Shown: positions 1 to 12,000 of the stretch, piece after piece | Layout of the letters: each line of letters begins with the position of its first letter | Numbering within the stretch: the stretch's first letter is position 1 | Assembly (NCBI GenBank): GCA_964016885.1 | Contig: OZ024742.1 | Coordinates: forward strand, 49,228,001 to 49,292,000 | Origin: Eledone cirrhosa | Lineage: Eukaryota | Length of the DNA stretch: 64,000 nucleotides | Direction of reading: 5' to 3' | Made by a program: the position numbers and the translations under genes | Notes under the pieces: generated by a model | Told to the model about the DNA's origin: nothing | Seen by the model: only the letters and a program-made list of their open reading frames with translations | Database searches by the model: none

Positions 1-180
1 TAAAATTCCCGAGATCCTTAGACGAGTTCTCTCCAGCGGTCTCTGTCCCTCATTATCGCTGCCATGTCCTGCGTCTCTAACATACCAGTGTCTGTCCTTG
101 GGGCATCAACATACGTTAATCTTGGTCTTCCTCTTCTAGTGTGTCCATGTAGGGGGTCCCAAATGAGCACTGAGTGCAAT
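1..180 (-). mobile_element. 3' end fragment of an RTE-like LINE ORF
   Basis: Minus strand translates VLIWDPLHGHTRRGRPRLTYVD...[11 protein letters not shown], the typical RTE C-terminus (RGRP..T; DR..WR). A related fragment at 25311-25397 carries an (ATTCT)n tail. Confidence 0.7.
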
Positions 181-248
181 GTCAATATATATATGTGTGC
201 GTGTGTGTGTGTGTGTTTGTGTGAATATATATATATATATAACTATAT

Positions 249-587
249 GGAGGCACATGGATTAGGGGTTAGAGCATTGGCCTTGCAATCGAAAGGTTGT
301 GAGTTCAATTCTCAAACCGGGTGATGTGTTGTTTCCTTGAGCAAGACACTTTATTTCACATTGCTCCAGTTTACTCAGCTGTAGAAATGAGATGATAGGG
401 ACTGGGGTCGATATCATTCCACTGCAAAGTGGTCGTGGAGGTGCCACAGCAAAAAAGCACCCACCACTCACAGCAAATGAGGTTGGTGTTAGGAAGGGCA
501 TCCAGCTGTAGAAATCAAGCCAGAATCAGTTCCCGTCCCACCCTTGCAAGCAGGGAAAAGCGGGCGTAAAATGATGATGATGATGAT
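249..587 (+). mobile_element. tRNA-derived SINE with CORE-like central domain and RTE-derived 3' tail
   Basis: A/B-box-like head (TGGATTAGGGGTTAG...GAGTTCAATTCT), CORE-like CCTTGAGCAAGACACTT...CTCAGCTGTAGAAATG, and a tail GGTTGGTGTTAGGAAGGGCATCCAGCTGTAGAAA...(GAT)n shared with the RTE 3' UTR at 60620-60787. Confidence 0.75.
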
Positions 588-811
588 ATGAAGGTTTATG
601 AATGGATGTATATATATTAGGTATAGGATTACCCAAGATGTAGTACTGGTTAATTACTACACTGGATATGGTTGACGTACGGTGAGAGGTTACTCTACGA
701 GTTATGGAAGAATTGTTGAAGAAACTTAGTTCCTGATCCTTCTGTATTCCGGAGTGTATATAAAGAATGAATAATAACTGGTAGACATCAAAAAAGGTAA
801 TTTATTCCGTG

Positions 812-923
812 TGCTTACAAATGTTTCCACGGTGGTACTACAGCCTAGTTATGCTATGTGCAAATTTACAAGTATTTGCAGAACTCAAATATCCAATGCT
901 GTGACCACTGTATCCTCAGAGCA
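812..923 (-). ncRNA. Type I hammerhead ribozyme with a long stem II insert (PLE 3' region)
   Basis: Minus: TGCT-CTGAGGA-TACAGTGGT..(about 67 nt)..ACCACCGTG-GAAAC-ATTT-GTA-AGCA. Stems I, II and III can all pair. Confidence 0.7.
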
Positions 924-1419
924 GAATGGTAAAATGTACAATGTAAATACTCTTAAGTGGGGTTGTTGGGGAAGATAGATTAGAAAAGGAAGAGAGAAAA
1001 GTAGGGGAGAGGGAGAGAGAGAGAAAGATATGCAGGGGTTGGAGAAGTAGGAGAGAGTGGTTTGTAGATATCTTAATCAAAATGTTATGGTAGGGGTTTT
1101 ATTATACTGGTTACTTTTGGAGAGATGCGTTGATAGTTAAGGTCGGAATTATTTATTGCCCCAGAGGGCAGGTTCATAGATGTGGAGAGGGAGGTAGGCC
1201 AAAGGCGAGAGAGAGAGAGAGAGTGTAATGGATGTAGAGAGAGAGGTAGAGAGGGGACAGACGAAGTTTATGTGGTGAGTGAACTTTGGGTTTGTAGTAG
1301 TAATCTACGAATTACACTGAGTTACCATTTATAGTGATAAGCAGTGTATTGTCTTGTAGTGTGGGGGAAGAGAAGGTGGTTAGCTAGAAAGCGATGTTAT
1401 AGTTACGGGTTCGAATGTT

Positions 1420-1850
1420 AAGTTATTTTATAGTGAGAGAATTTAGCTTTCAGTTTGTGGTTGCAGTATAATGATCGTTCAATTCTATCGTTAAGTAGTT
1501 TGTTTTTTGGATTTTAATGTGTAAAAGAGTTCAAAGTTACATAACCTGCAGTACTTCAATCCACTCCGATATGCACTTGCGCTGGAAAGTATATCCCATT
1601 TTAAGGTGAACTGTTGGTTGCGTTCACGGAGTTACCAGGTCTTGTTGGCGAGCGTGGTCACACAACGGTGATTAGGATGTTTGATTGAGAATCGATGACG
1701 GTATCAGCGAGATTTAAACGAGGTGGTGGTAGATCCGATATAATACCATTTCTGGTCGTTCGATTCAACCGTGCATTGGTAAACAATGTTGGACTTTAGG
1801 CATTGAGTCTTCAATGGACATCTTTCAGGTAGATGGCAGTTACATTCTTT
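1420..1850 (-). pseudogene. GIY-YIG endonuclease domain of the PLE (disrupted)
   Basis: IVY...YIG motifs, FKxR, CxxC...E...LN. In-frame stops at 1704-1706 and 1632-1634 and a frameshift in the T-run near 1505. Confidence 0.85.
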
Positions 1851-2819
1851 GTTGTGGGTAGCGGGTATACCATGGATAGGTTGTGATAGCGGTACAGGTG
1901 GATTGTGTAATACCCGTCTCCCATTTAGTGGTTGGGAGGCAGATATTACTTTCTGCCCATCTGTTACTAAAATGTTTTGTTTTGTAGAGTTGTTTAATTG
2001 CTTAAGTTGAGTTTTTTTATGTATGCTTCAAGGTTTGGTGCCGTGGAGTATGATAGTCTAATAGTTTTAGAGTTCAGAATTTTGCTGTATTTATGGGAAC
2101 TAGGGAAATGTTTGTTGATTAACTTAAATAATGAAAGAGATAGTTTTGTACTAATCGTCTAACTCTGATATTTTTAGTGAACACGCTGAATACTACAATA
2201 ATGCATTAAGGAAGGCCGACCACCGGGATACAATAGAATACATTGATAGGAATTTCCATAACACACATAGCTCTACACGAAATCAAGGAATACGTAACCG
2301 GGGGACTAAAATACAAGCACACACACACAATACTACCAGACATACTAATAATAGAAAATCACCACCAAATAAATCACGTTGTAGAAAGTATATCTGGTAC
2401 AATCCTATTTTTAATGCCTCGATTAGTACAAAACTATCTCTTTCATTCTTTAAGTTAATCAACAAACATTTCCCTAGTTCCCATAAATACAGCAAAATTC
2501 TGAACTCTAAAACTATTAGACTATCATACTCCACGGCACTAAACCTTGAAGCATACATAAAAAACTTAACTTAAGGCAATTAAACAACTCTACAAAACAA
2601 AACATTTTAGTAACAGATGGGCAGAAAGTAATATCTGCCTCCCAACCACTAAATGGGAGACGGGTATTACACAATCCACCTGTACCGCTATCACAACCTA
2701 TCCATGGTATACCCGCTAATTTGCACATAGCATAACTAGGCTGTAGTACCACCGTGGAAACATTTGTAAGCACACGGAATAAATTACCTTTTTTGATGTC
2801 TACCTGTTATTATTCATTC

Positions 2820-2858
<39 letters not shown>

Positions 2859-3111
2859 GCACTATATATATATAGCGCCATATGAATGGATAGGTATGTG
2901 TGTATATATGACGGTGTATAAATCGATGTGTGTGTTTGTATGAGCTTGTCTATGTGTGTATATGTTTACCTTTTAAACCAGCTTAATATAGAAACACTTT
3001 CGTTCTCTTACCGAATAATAAATTCCAAAGATGTCACTGTTAACTTGATCAATGCATCATTTGTTTTAGAAAAAAAAATTAGAATTAGAGAACCAGTGCT
3101 GTCATCTATCA

Positions 3112-3302
3112 GGGCGGTGAATTGGGAGCATCGGTAGAGCGTCAGACACCATGCTTTACAGCATAGATTTATGGCGCTTCACGATCTGAGTTCAAATCCT
3201 GTCGAGGTTAACTTTGCCTTTCATCCTTACGGGTTCGATAAAGTTAAGTACCAGTAATGCACCGGGATAATTGCTGGCCTTGTGGCAAATGTAGAAACAA
3301 TA
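3112..3302 (+). mobile_element. tRNA-derived SINE (Meta-domain-like family)
   Basis: GGCGGTGAATTGG...GAGTTCAAATCC...TTTGCCTTTCATCCTTACGGG.TCGATAAA..AAGTACCAG...GGCCTTGTG..AAA.GTAGAAACAAT; more than 10 copies in the window. Confidence 0.8.
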
Positions 3303-3654
3303 TTTTAAAAATGTATTTCATTTTTGGCGTCCAGAATTAACATTCTATTTACAAGGTTACTGGATATATGGGGGACAACTTTGCCTTTCATCCATTTAAG
3401 GTCTATAAAAATGTACCAGTCTAGTACCGGGTGCGATTTCCCCTCTATATCTCTTTCTCACTTTCTTTCTTTCATTCCCTCTCCTCTGGAAAAGAAATCT
3501 GTTGTATTCATTCCTGGAGAGGAGATGAGCTCCACCAGGTTTAAAATGCCCTAGAAAAAAGTCATATGTCAATATGGCACCCCTACGACTCCCTCAGAAG
3601 TTACGGGTCCCATATAAGATATACAAGCTGAAAAAATTGCGTTTTCATAAATTA

Positions 3655-3810
3655 ATTGTTTCTACTTTTGGCACAAGGCCAGCAATTATCCAGTGCATTA
3701 CTGGTACTTTATTTTATCGACCCCGTAAGGCAAAGTTAACCTCGGTAGCAAGGACTATAACTCTATGCGTCAAAGCATCGCGTCCGACCCTCTACCGATA
3801 CTGCCGGTTG
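3655..3810 (-). mobile_element. Meta-like SINE, internally deleted copy
   Basis: Matches 51789-51976 with short internal deletions. Confidence 0.75.
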
Positions 3811-4120
3811 CATAAAAGAAATCCCAATTTTTACGTTGGTTGGTTGATGATACGTGGAAGAAATCAAAGATAAAAATGATATATTGCAAATATATTTGTA
3901 GGATACAATTATAAACATGTTCGGTGTGTATGTACCAAGAACATTCCAGATTAAATGCATAACTAATTTTGGAGGAATAACAATTTACAGGGACAAATGT
4001 TGGATTAAAACACAGAATCTTCTGATTGGAAACATTTCTTCTTACAGCAACGAAACGCATTGTGTATATTGTGTGCAAATTTTGAGTTACGTACGTGTGT
4101 ATATATATATATATATATAT

Positions 4121-4420
4121 AAGTAGTTCCACACACAACAGTTAATTCACCATTTCCGAGAGACAATTTGTTTCACCTTAGACGGATCATCAACAGTGAA
4201 ATAGACTTTGACAGAATAGTAAATTACTCTAATGGCGAGTGAAGCTAAAAGAAAACGTGGATAAGTTTAGTGTCAGGAAAAGAAGATGAGGAGGTGATCA
4301 CGTAAAGTAAAACTAATTGTTCTCGGAAATGGTGAATTAACTGTTTTGGAACTACTTATACCAAACTCGTATCATGGACTGAGTGCTCTACTACTACGGA
4401 TATAACCTACCAGTGTTCTT
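4121..4420. mobile_element. Short PLE-derived fold-back element between (TA)n tracts
   Basis: Inverted arms 4121-4168 / 4314-4358; hammerhead-like TTGATGA..GAAACAAATTGTC on minus; tail 4372-4419 matches 19501-19550 in reverse; interior matches 6930-7000. Confidence 0.6.
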
Positions 4421-4427
4421 ATATATA

Positions 4428-6249
4428 TCTGTATATATATAAATCTGAAGTTTTCTGTATGTATATGTGTGTCGACAATTTTTAATGAGGGCTCATATAT
4501 TCTAAACCATTCATGCGATTTCTTTGAAATTTTTTACAGAGCTTCTCCTTGCACAAAACCTGTACATGATCTACAAAGGCTTTCAAAAATCGATATTGGG
4601 GCCTTTGGAGACATTTAAAAAGTTTCGGTTATTTGTGTGAATTTTCGTGATTAAGTAAGACAAGAGTTATCTTTCGTAATCAAGAGTTATCTTTCGTAAT
4701 TCGGCTCATTCGGATTTTAATTTACTCTTTCTACTTAAAACAAAGAGAATAACAATATCATTTTGTATATTTCACAACCAGCAATTTCTAATAGATTACT
4801 AAGTTAAGTTATAGATTTGACATTGTATAATTTATCGTTTCAATGTTGATGTTAATACATTAACTGATGTCAGAACTTTTACAATATTATGCTTAAATTT
4901 ATCTATAGGATGGTTTATACATCAAAGACTTAGAATTATTCTATTTTTTCGCATTGATTAGACTACGTTTCTGACACATAATTTAGTTATTATCTTACAT
5001 ACCCTGTACATTTCCAACGTTCTACCGCTACATGTACTTCAAATACATTTTAAAATTAATCTTTATTTTTACATTCGATTGTGTTACATCGTGTCTACTT
5101 TACATGCGATCGCTATTACAAACTGGTCGTCCGTCTACGCCATTTTCCACTCAACTCCTCCAAATCGGTGATGGTCAACTTGAGTCCGACGACAATGGAT
5201 ACATTGACACTTCTAGCATTGGCCGCTCAGTCTCAACGCCCAATGACTTATGTTCTTCAGTTTATCCAAATATTTCAACTGAATTCATGAATCCTGATTG
5301 GCTTTGTGAGAGGGCTATTCTTGCACCCACAAATGCTGCTGTTAAGCTGATCAATCACGAAATAGTTGGTCAGTTGACACTGTTACAGACTTTGATCAAG
5401 TGACCAACTTCCCAACAGAGTTTCTTAACTCTCAGGATCATCCAGGACTACCTCCTCACGAGTTGTATCTAAAAGTTGGAGCTCTTGTTATCCTGCTACG
5501 TACTCTAACCCCCATCCCTTTCTTTATAATGGAACAAGACTGGTGGTAAAGCAACTGATGAACCTTGTAATTGAGGCAGAAATAATCACAGGACCCGGGC
5601 AAAATGAATCTGTTTTTATTCCCAAAATTCCTTTTACCCCTTCTGATTGTCCATTTCCCATGAAAAGGTTACAATTCCCACTCAAACTTATTTTTGCAAT
5701 GACCATAAACAACTCTCAAGGCCAATCTCTTAAAGTTGTTGGTCTGGATCTTCGAACCCATTGCTTTTCACATGGTCAGTTTTACGTTGGCTGTTATCGA
5801 GTTGGTAATGCTGACAACCTATTTATTTATGCTCCTGATGGGAAAACCAAAAATGTTGTGTATAAATCTGCTCTTCAATAATCCAGAAGACAATGAGTGC
5901 TCCCACCCAACATCCACCTCTTTTTATAACGATTTGCTCATCCATCAGTTCCCTCCCTGTTATGTCCAATCTGTATTGTTATTCCAACCTATGTACATAA
6001 TAGTGTCTATTATTCACTTCACTTCTCTATTTCGTGATGCGCTTTTACTGTTGTCTGGATTTCTGTTGTTACATGGTATAACGGATGACACCGAGCTCAC
6101 ATATTAATTATTTCGCTGGAATAGTGCCTAAGGTTTTCATGTTTACATAAAGTACGTTTTTCTTCTATGTATTCAAATTTACTTTGTTTAGTTTAATGAG
6201 CTACATCGAAAGCTACTTGAACCGTCCAAAGGACGGGTAGTTTAGCTAG
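4428..6249 (+). mobile_element. Non-autonomous Helitron with both termini
   Basis: 5' A|TC at 4427/4428 followed by (TA)AAATCTGAAG; 3' hairpin CCGTCC-AAA-GGACGG (6222-6236) then CTAG|T (6246-6250); internal PIF1-like helicase remnant. Confidence 0.85.
5131..5881 (+). pseudogene. Helitron RepHel PIF1-family helicase C-terminal remnant (frameshifted)
   Basis: LLQIGDG, ERAILAPTN, FP.EFLNS...GLPPHEL.LKVG, NGTRL, RLQFPLKLIFAMTINNSQGQSL...FSHGQFYV...KTKNVVY motifs spread over several frames. Confidence 0.9.
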
Positions 6250-6283
<34 letters not shown>

Positions 6284-6348
6284 GTCGCATATATGTTATG
6301 TTATAGAATACTATTAGCTTCTCGCTAAAACAATCTCTATGCCTTTCA

Positions 6349-6512
<164 letters not shown>

Positions 6513-6513
6513 A

Positions 6514-6732
6514 GTTTATCCCGGGTTCAATCGGGGGTAACCACAGTAAGTAAGGTACTCAATACATAACAGAGTATAAATATTTAATATAGAATGAGCT
6601 TTATTTTTCAACATAGATTCTGGAAATAAACAATGCAATTATTAATAAGAAGATTTGGAATTAATGGATGCACAATTTCACAGCTCTAGCATCACTCCTT
6701 CAGAGCCGATGAACATTTCAGCCTACCCTCGT
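6514..6732 (-). mobile_element. PLE-derived terminal fragment (same family as 30849-31045)
   Basis: GTTTATCCCGGGTTCAAT..GGGTAACCACAGTAAGTAAGGTACTCAATACATA.CAGAGTATAAATATTTAATATAGAA is near-identical at 30849; flanked by TA. Confidence 0.65.
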
Positions 6733-7825
6733 ATATATATATAAATAAATACATACACAGATGTTTTTATTATAGTTGATGCTTATGAATATCATTGTAG
6801 CTTAATTACTCACTATAGGAACATGGAAGACGTAGACAATTTCAAATGGTTAGGTCAATCTTGATAATTTGTAAGAGAGGTCATGTGGGCGGTGAAATGG
6901 ACGCTGATAGAGTAGTAAAGTAATCTAATGGCGGGGGAAGCTAAAAGAAAACATGAATAAGTTAGAGTCAGGAAAAGAAGATGAGGAGGTGATCACATAA
7001 CTAATATAGTGAATGAGGTGTGGTTTATGATATAAGACCAACAGAGAGCAAGTTTATGTGGGTGGTGGTGTAGGCTATGGATTAGATAGACAGGGACGTG
7101 AATGATGGGATAGGTGATAGGATGAAGAACTGATCATGTAGTGAGAGTTAACCAGTGATGGGCTCGAATGGGTGGTGTATATATATCACACTCCTCACTA
7201 TCAATTCATCCTACCTAAAGACCTTAGCAGATATCCAGATATCCGCAATATTAACACTTAGTTATCCTCGCCAGTACTACAACTTTACTCTCAGACACTA
7301 ACACATCTGTGACTACTTCCCTAACACTATCGGAGGTCATTCTTTCGTTCCTACTATCACTCTGTGTAAAATAATTTTCAATCCTCTCTCTAAAGGATCC
7401 TTCAGTAGTGTTAAATACATAGCAACTCCTTTAGTCGCGATAGAATGCAGCGCGCGTGACCACGTGCAGTCGTGATCCAGGCCTCTAGCTTATTTAAGAG
7501 GTAAGTAACTTTGTTTGAATACTGACTAGAGCTGCGAAGACACGTTCTGCTAGTAGGGTTAACGAACGATAAATGATATATGATATATCTCTATAATTAT
7601 ATACATATAGATATGTCAAAACACCAATAACGCTATATGTAAGATAACAACATTATGCTACTGTCTGTGTGTGTGTGTGTATATATAAAATAAAATCAGA
7701 ATTTTATTTCTCACCCTATCACAGCTGATACATAAATGTATGCACACGTTCATAAATGTAAGTAAGCAAATGAGGCTACTCAGCCGATGTGCACTTAAGT
7801 AAACATTATGTATTTTCAAACGTTC

Positions 7826-7870
7826 AACAGTCCTGATGAAGGATAATGACCCAGAAACATGTGGATTGTT
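7826..7870 (+). ncRNA. Minimal type I hammerhead motif, probably inactive (GUG site)
   Basis: AACAGTC-CTGATGA-aGG..CCa-GAAAC-AT-GTG-GATTGTT; 7-bp stem I and a palindromic ACATGT stem III of the dimer-type PLE hammerheads. Confidence 0.55.
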
Positions 7871-7997
7871 CCTCAAAGCCAGTGTTGAACAAACAGGTGA
7901 CGATCGGTCACCAGCAAGGCACAGCTTCAAAGCGGGTCGTTTGTTTACGAACGAATCGAACATTATTATTAATGTTCAAAATAAGCAATACGTACAA

Positions 7998-8641
<644 letters not shown>

Positions 8642-8765
8642 ACGTGTGCATACTTAGATATATATATATGAGTGTGTTCTGTTGTTAATTCTGACAATAT
8701 TGTGACCCTCCCCAAGTATAACAATATTTGTTTCGACAAACGATTTCATATCAAAAACCTCGCAA

Positions 8766-8796
<31 letters not shown>

Positions 8797-8836
8797 TCAC
8801 ATATACATATACACACACACACCAATACCACCACAG

Positions 8837-8948
<112 letters not shown>

Positions 8949-9136
8949 ACATAGACATACATATATACAGGTAGATACATCCGTTCAGATTACTTGCAAC
9001 GCAGTAAAAGAGAGGAAGACTCAAAATACATGTAACAAGGCTGATCGACATTTCGGCTTTTATCGTCGCCATCTAGCGGCTCCTGCTACTACTACTACTA
9101 CCACCATCACTCACTACCGCTACCAATACTTCCATA

Positions 9137-9187
<51 letters not shown>

Positions 9188-9212
9188 GCTACTGCTACTA
9201 CTACTACTACTA
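9137..9212. repeat. (TAC)n microsatellite
   Basis: Direct read. Confidence 0.9.
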
Positions 9213-9499
9213 TCATTACGACAACGACCACCACAACCAATATCGCTTAGTATTACGACTACAACCACTAGCAGCGGTGTCAGTGAAACTCACTAGCTGC
9301 TATTGCTGCTGACATGCAGATTTCCTGTTTCTAAGTTTGTCACCTGTTAATAACAGTTTGACACAGTTTGGTCACTAATACACTGAACTACTTCACATAG
9401 CTGTATCTCATGTTGCCACACGCAAACATGCTCATACACGTTTACATACATACATAGATACATACAATACAATACATACATACATATAATACATATGCT

Positions 9500-10330
9500 T
9501 GGTAAACACAAATCTTATCCGCCAAATCTTATCCGTGGGTACTGCTGTACTCCGTCTCATCAGGCGGTGAAGTAACTCTGTGTGGGTTTCAGCCCTTCTC
9601 CCCGCGACAGCAGAGCTACTCGCGACCACCCACCGATGTAGACTACGGAGCTCCTACACAACAGCATAATCGTTGGTGAGGCTGGTGTTTTGACTCCATC
9701 CACTTCAATATGTCAGAACAGTATGAAATTTGGAGAGTCTTGCGTTTTGACTAAAACATCTCCATTTACCTTAATGTGTTAAGCGCACCATTCGTCCCTT
9801 TTGAAACAGATCTAATAAGTTGCTTTCTCTGCTGCCTCCAATAATGCCTTCTAAAGATTTTTCCTTTCCTTTGCCGCCAGGCCAAGCCCACTGAGGACTG
9901 AGTCAACCCTGGTTCCGACAAATCCTCCGACTTCTACCTCTACAGAGAAACAGTTGCCTCTCATCGGCAGGTTTCACAGAGTTCGACCATCTCACTCTAC
10001 TTCCTGGCATTCCTGTTGAGTGTATCATAAATGTTCGCCTCCCAAGAGATAGGAAGCTCCACCATCTTTGCCATCTTCTTTCCTTACACTATAAGGGACT
10101 CTTGGTGGCAATAAAGAGAGAAAGTGGTAAACGCCGTCCATGTCAACTGAAACCTACCAGATCCCTTCCCATTTGATTTGGTCTTCTATTATAAGGGGCA
10201 GGCTTGCAGCGTTCACCTTATTTATTAAACTTCATTCTTACCTTCTCCACTACTTGTGGTCTCTCGCCATTGTTCATTCTCTTACAAGTTTAGCATGCGT
10301 TTTACAACAACAAACTTTAACGGCGTGACA
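9500..10330 (-). mobile_element. Degraded 3' part of an RLE-type non-LTR retrotransposon (HERO/NeSL-like)
   Basis: Minus: VELPISWEANI...RK*...LC and FSVEVEVGGFVG...LSGLGL...LLEAAEKATY*ICFKR match the ELTVPWE / EVG.RGF / AE.AS.W.W.KR pattern of restriction-like endonuclease C-termini; stop near 9779, 3' UTR below it. Confidence 0.7.
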
Positions 10331-10383
10331 CAAGGTGAAACGAAAGCATTTGCCAGTTTTACTCTTCTTTAGCTCTCTATACG

Positions 10384-10441
<58 letters not shown>

Positions 10442-10741
10442 CCCACGTGCATATACACAGTCCCACTGCCAAGCAGGCAAAGACCTAAAAGTCATTTCAA
10501 CCCTCGCTATTGTTCCTCATTTTCCATCTGCGGTAGGCAACTGGTGAAAATCTCTCTCTCCCCCTCTTTCTCTCAGTACTTCATTCTGTTCACTGCTCAC
10601 TCCCATCAACTCACACATACCTGCCTCGCTTCTCACCTGTGTCACACCTCACTTCACCAATTTACTTTCAGTTCATTTAGCTCATTGTAAGATAAACATC
10701 GTCACATAAAAATTTCCATTGGCTATCTCACACACGTACAT

Positions 10742-10774
<33 letters not shown>

Positions 10775-10776
<2 letters not shown>

Positions 10777-10983
10777 CGAAGGAGTTGTGGTAAGGAACCA
10801 GATGGACCATAACGCACCAGAGTACTCAATACTTAGGGTAGTAGATTGGGTAATAGGAGAAAATATGACCCCGACGGCAGTGCTCAAGCCGTTTCGACGG
10901 CTATTTCTGGACTAAAGTAAGTTACTTTACCCAGAAATAGCTGTCGAAACGGCTTGAGCTCTGCCGTCGGGGTCATATGTTCT

Positions 10984-10988
<5 letters not shown>
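10775..10988 (-). mobile_element. Hairpin-plus-tail element, copy 2
   Basis: Tail 10775-10853 is homologous to 8484-8573; arms 10854-10910 / 10931-10987; between (TA)n tracts. Confidence 0.8.
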
Positions 10989-11033
<45 letters not shown>

Positions 11034-11109
11034 TATATATATATAAGTATATATATATAAGTATATGTTCTCCTATATATATATAAGTATATATATAAGC
11101 ATATGTTCT

Positions 11110-11205
<96 letters not shown>

Positions 11206-11290
11206 TATATATATATAAGTATATATATATAAGTATATATATATATATATATATATATAAGTATATATATATATATATATATATATATAA

Positions 11291-11363
<73 letters not shown>

Positions 11364-12000
11364 CTAAACACATGCTTGCTGTACTAATGGTTCTTGCAGT
11401 ACTCAGTCCTCGAATTAAGTGAAGTGAAGTCACTACGTACATGGTTCGGCTGCTTCCATCGTGATACCAGTGCTGCTCGTAATTACCCACCGATTTAGGT
11501 GACAAAACTCCTGCACGACACCACCAATTTGGGCTGGATGTCTCGGTCAATCTTAATGTTTGATCTTACTTCGTAGACTGTAACTCATTCTGTTAAAGGC
11601 ATCATTCATCTCCGTTCTTGAACCACATGAAATAGCTGGTTTTTCTTTTCTTTGCGGCTAATCCAAAGTCCTTGGTCATAATAAATTTTTTGACAGCAAT
11701 CGTCACAAACAGTTATATACCTCCTCCCATGCTTTGTTCAATATCTTCGCAGAGTTAAACAAACCTCTTTTATTTTTCTTGTCAACTATATAACTGGTGA
11801 TTGCTACTATAGCGGCTATCAGCTGTACACACAGAGACACATATATGAATATATATACACACACATATATATAGAGAGAGAGGGAGGAGGATAGATAGCA
11901 ATTACGATCTAGTTATCGAAGTATTTTACAATGTATTGAGAGCTCAATGTTACAGAAGATGTATGTATGTATGTAAGTATGTATGCATGCATGTATGTAA

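Larger units (their letters stand above)
755..2822 (-). mobile_element. Degraded Penelope-like element (Naiad/Neptune type) with an inverted partial duplication
   Basis: Minus strand 2156->1420 reads FKLINKHFPSSHKYSKILNSKTIRLSYS...CNCHLPERCPLKTQCLKSNIVYQCTV...YYIGSTTTSFKSR*YRH...LKWDIL...CRLCNFE...LLN (Cys linker plus GIY-YIG), with stops and frameshifts. Plus strand 2158-2822 is an inverted segment of the same element. Confidence 0.85.

Noticed and set aside
249-322. tRNA gene
   Set aside because: Only degenerate A/B boxes with no complete cloverleaf, and it continues into a SINE body.
1704-1706. In-frame TGA in the PLE GIY-YIG domain as possible selenocysteine
   Set aside because: It falls at an aromatic (W/Y) position after FKxR rather than a Cys position, and the same frame has a TAA and frameshifts, so ordinary decay is the simpler explanation.
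5032-5881. Host PIF1 helicase gene
   Set aside because: Frameshifted, intronless and enclosed by Helitron termini.
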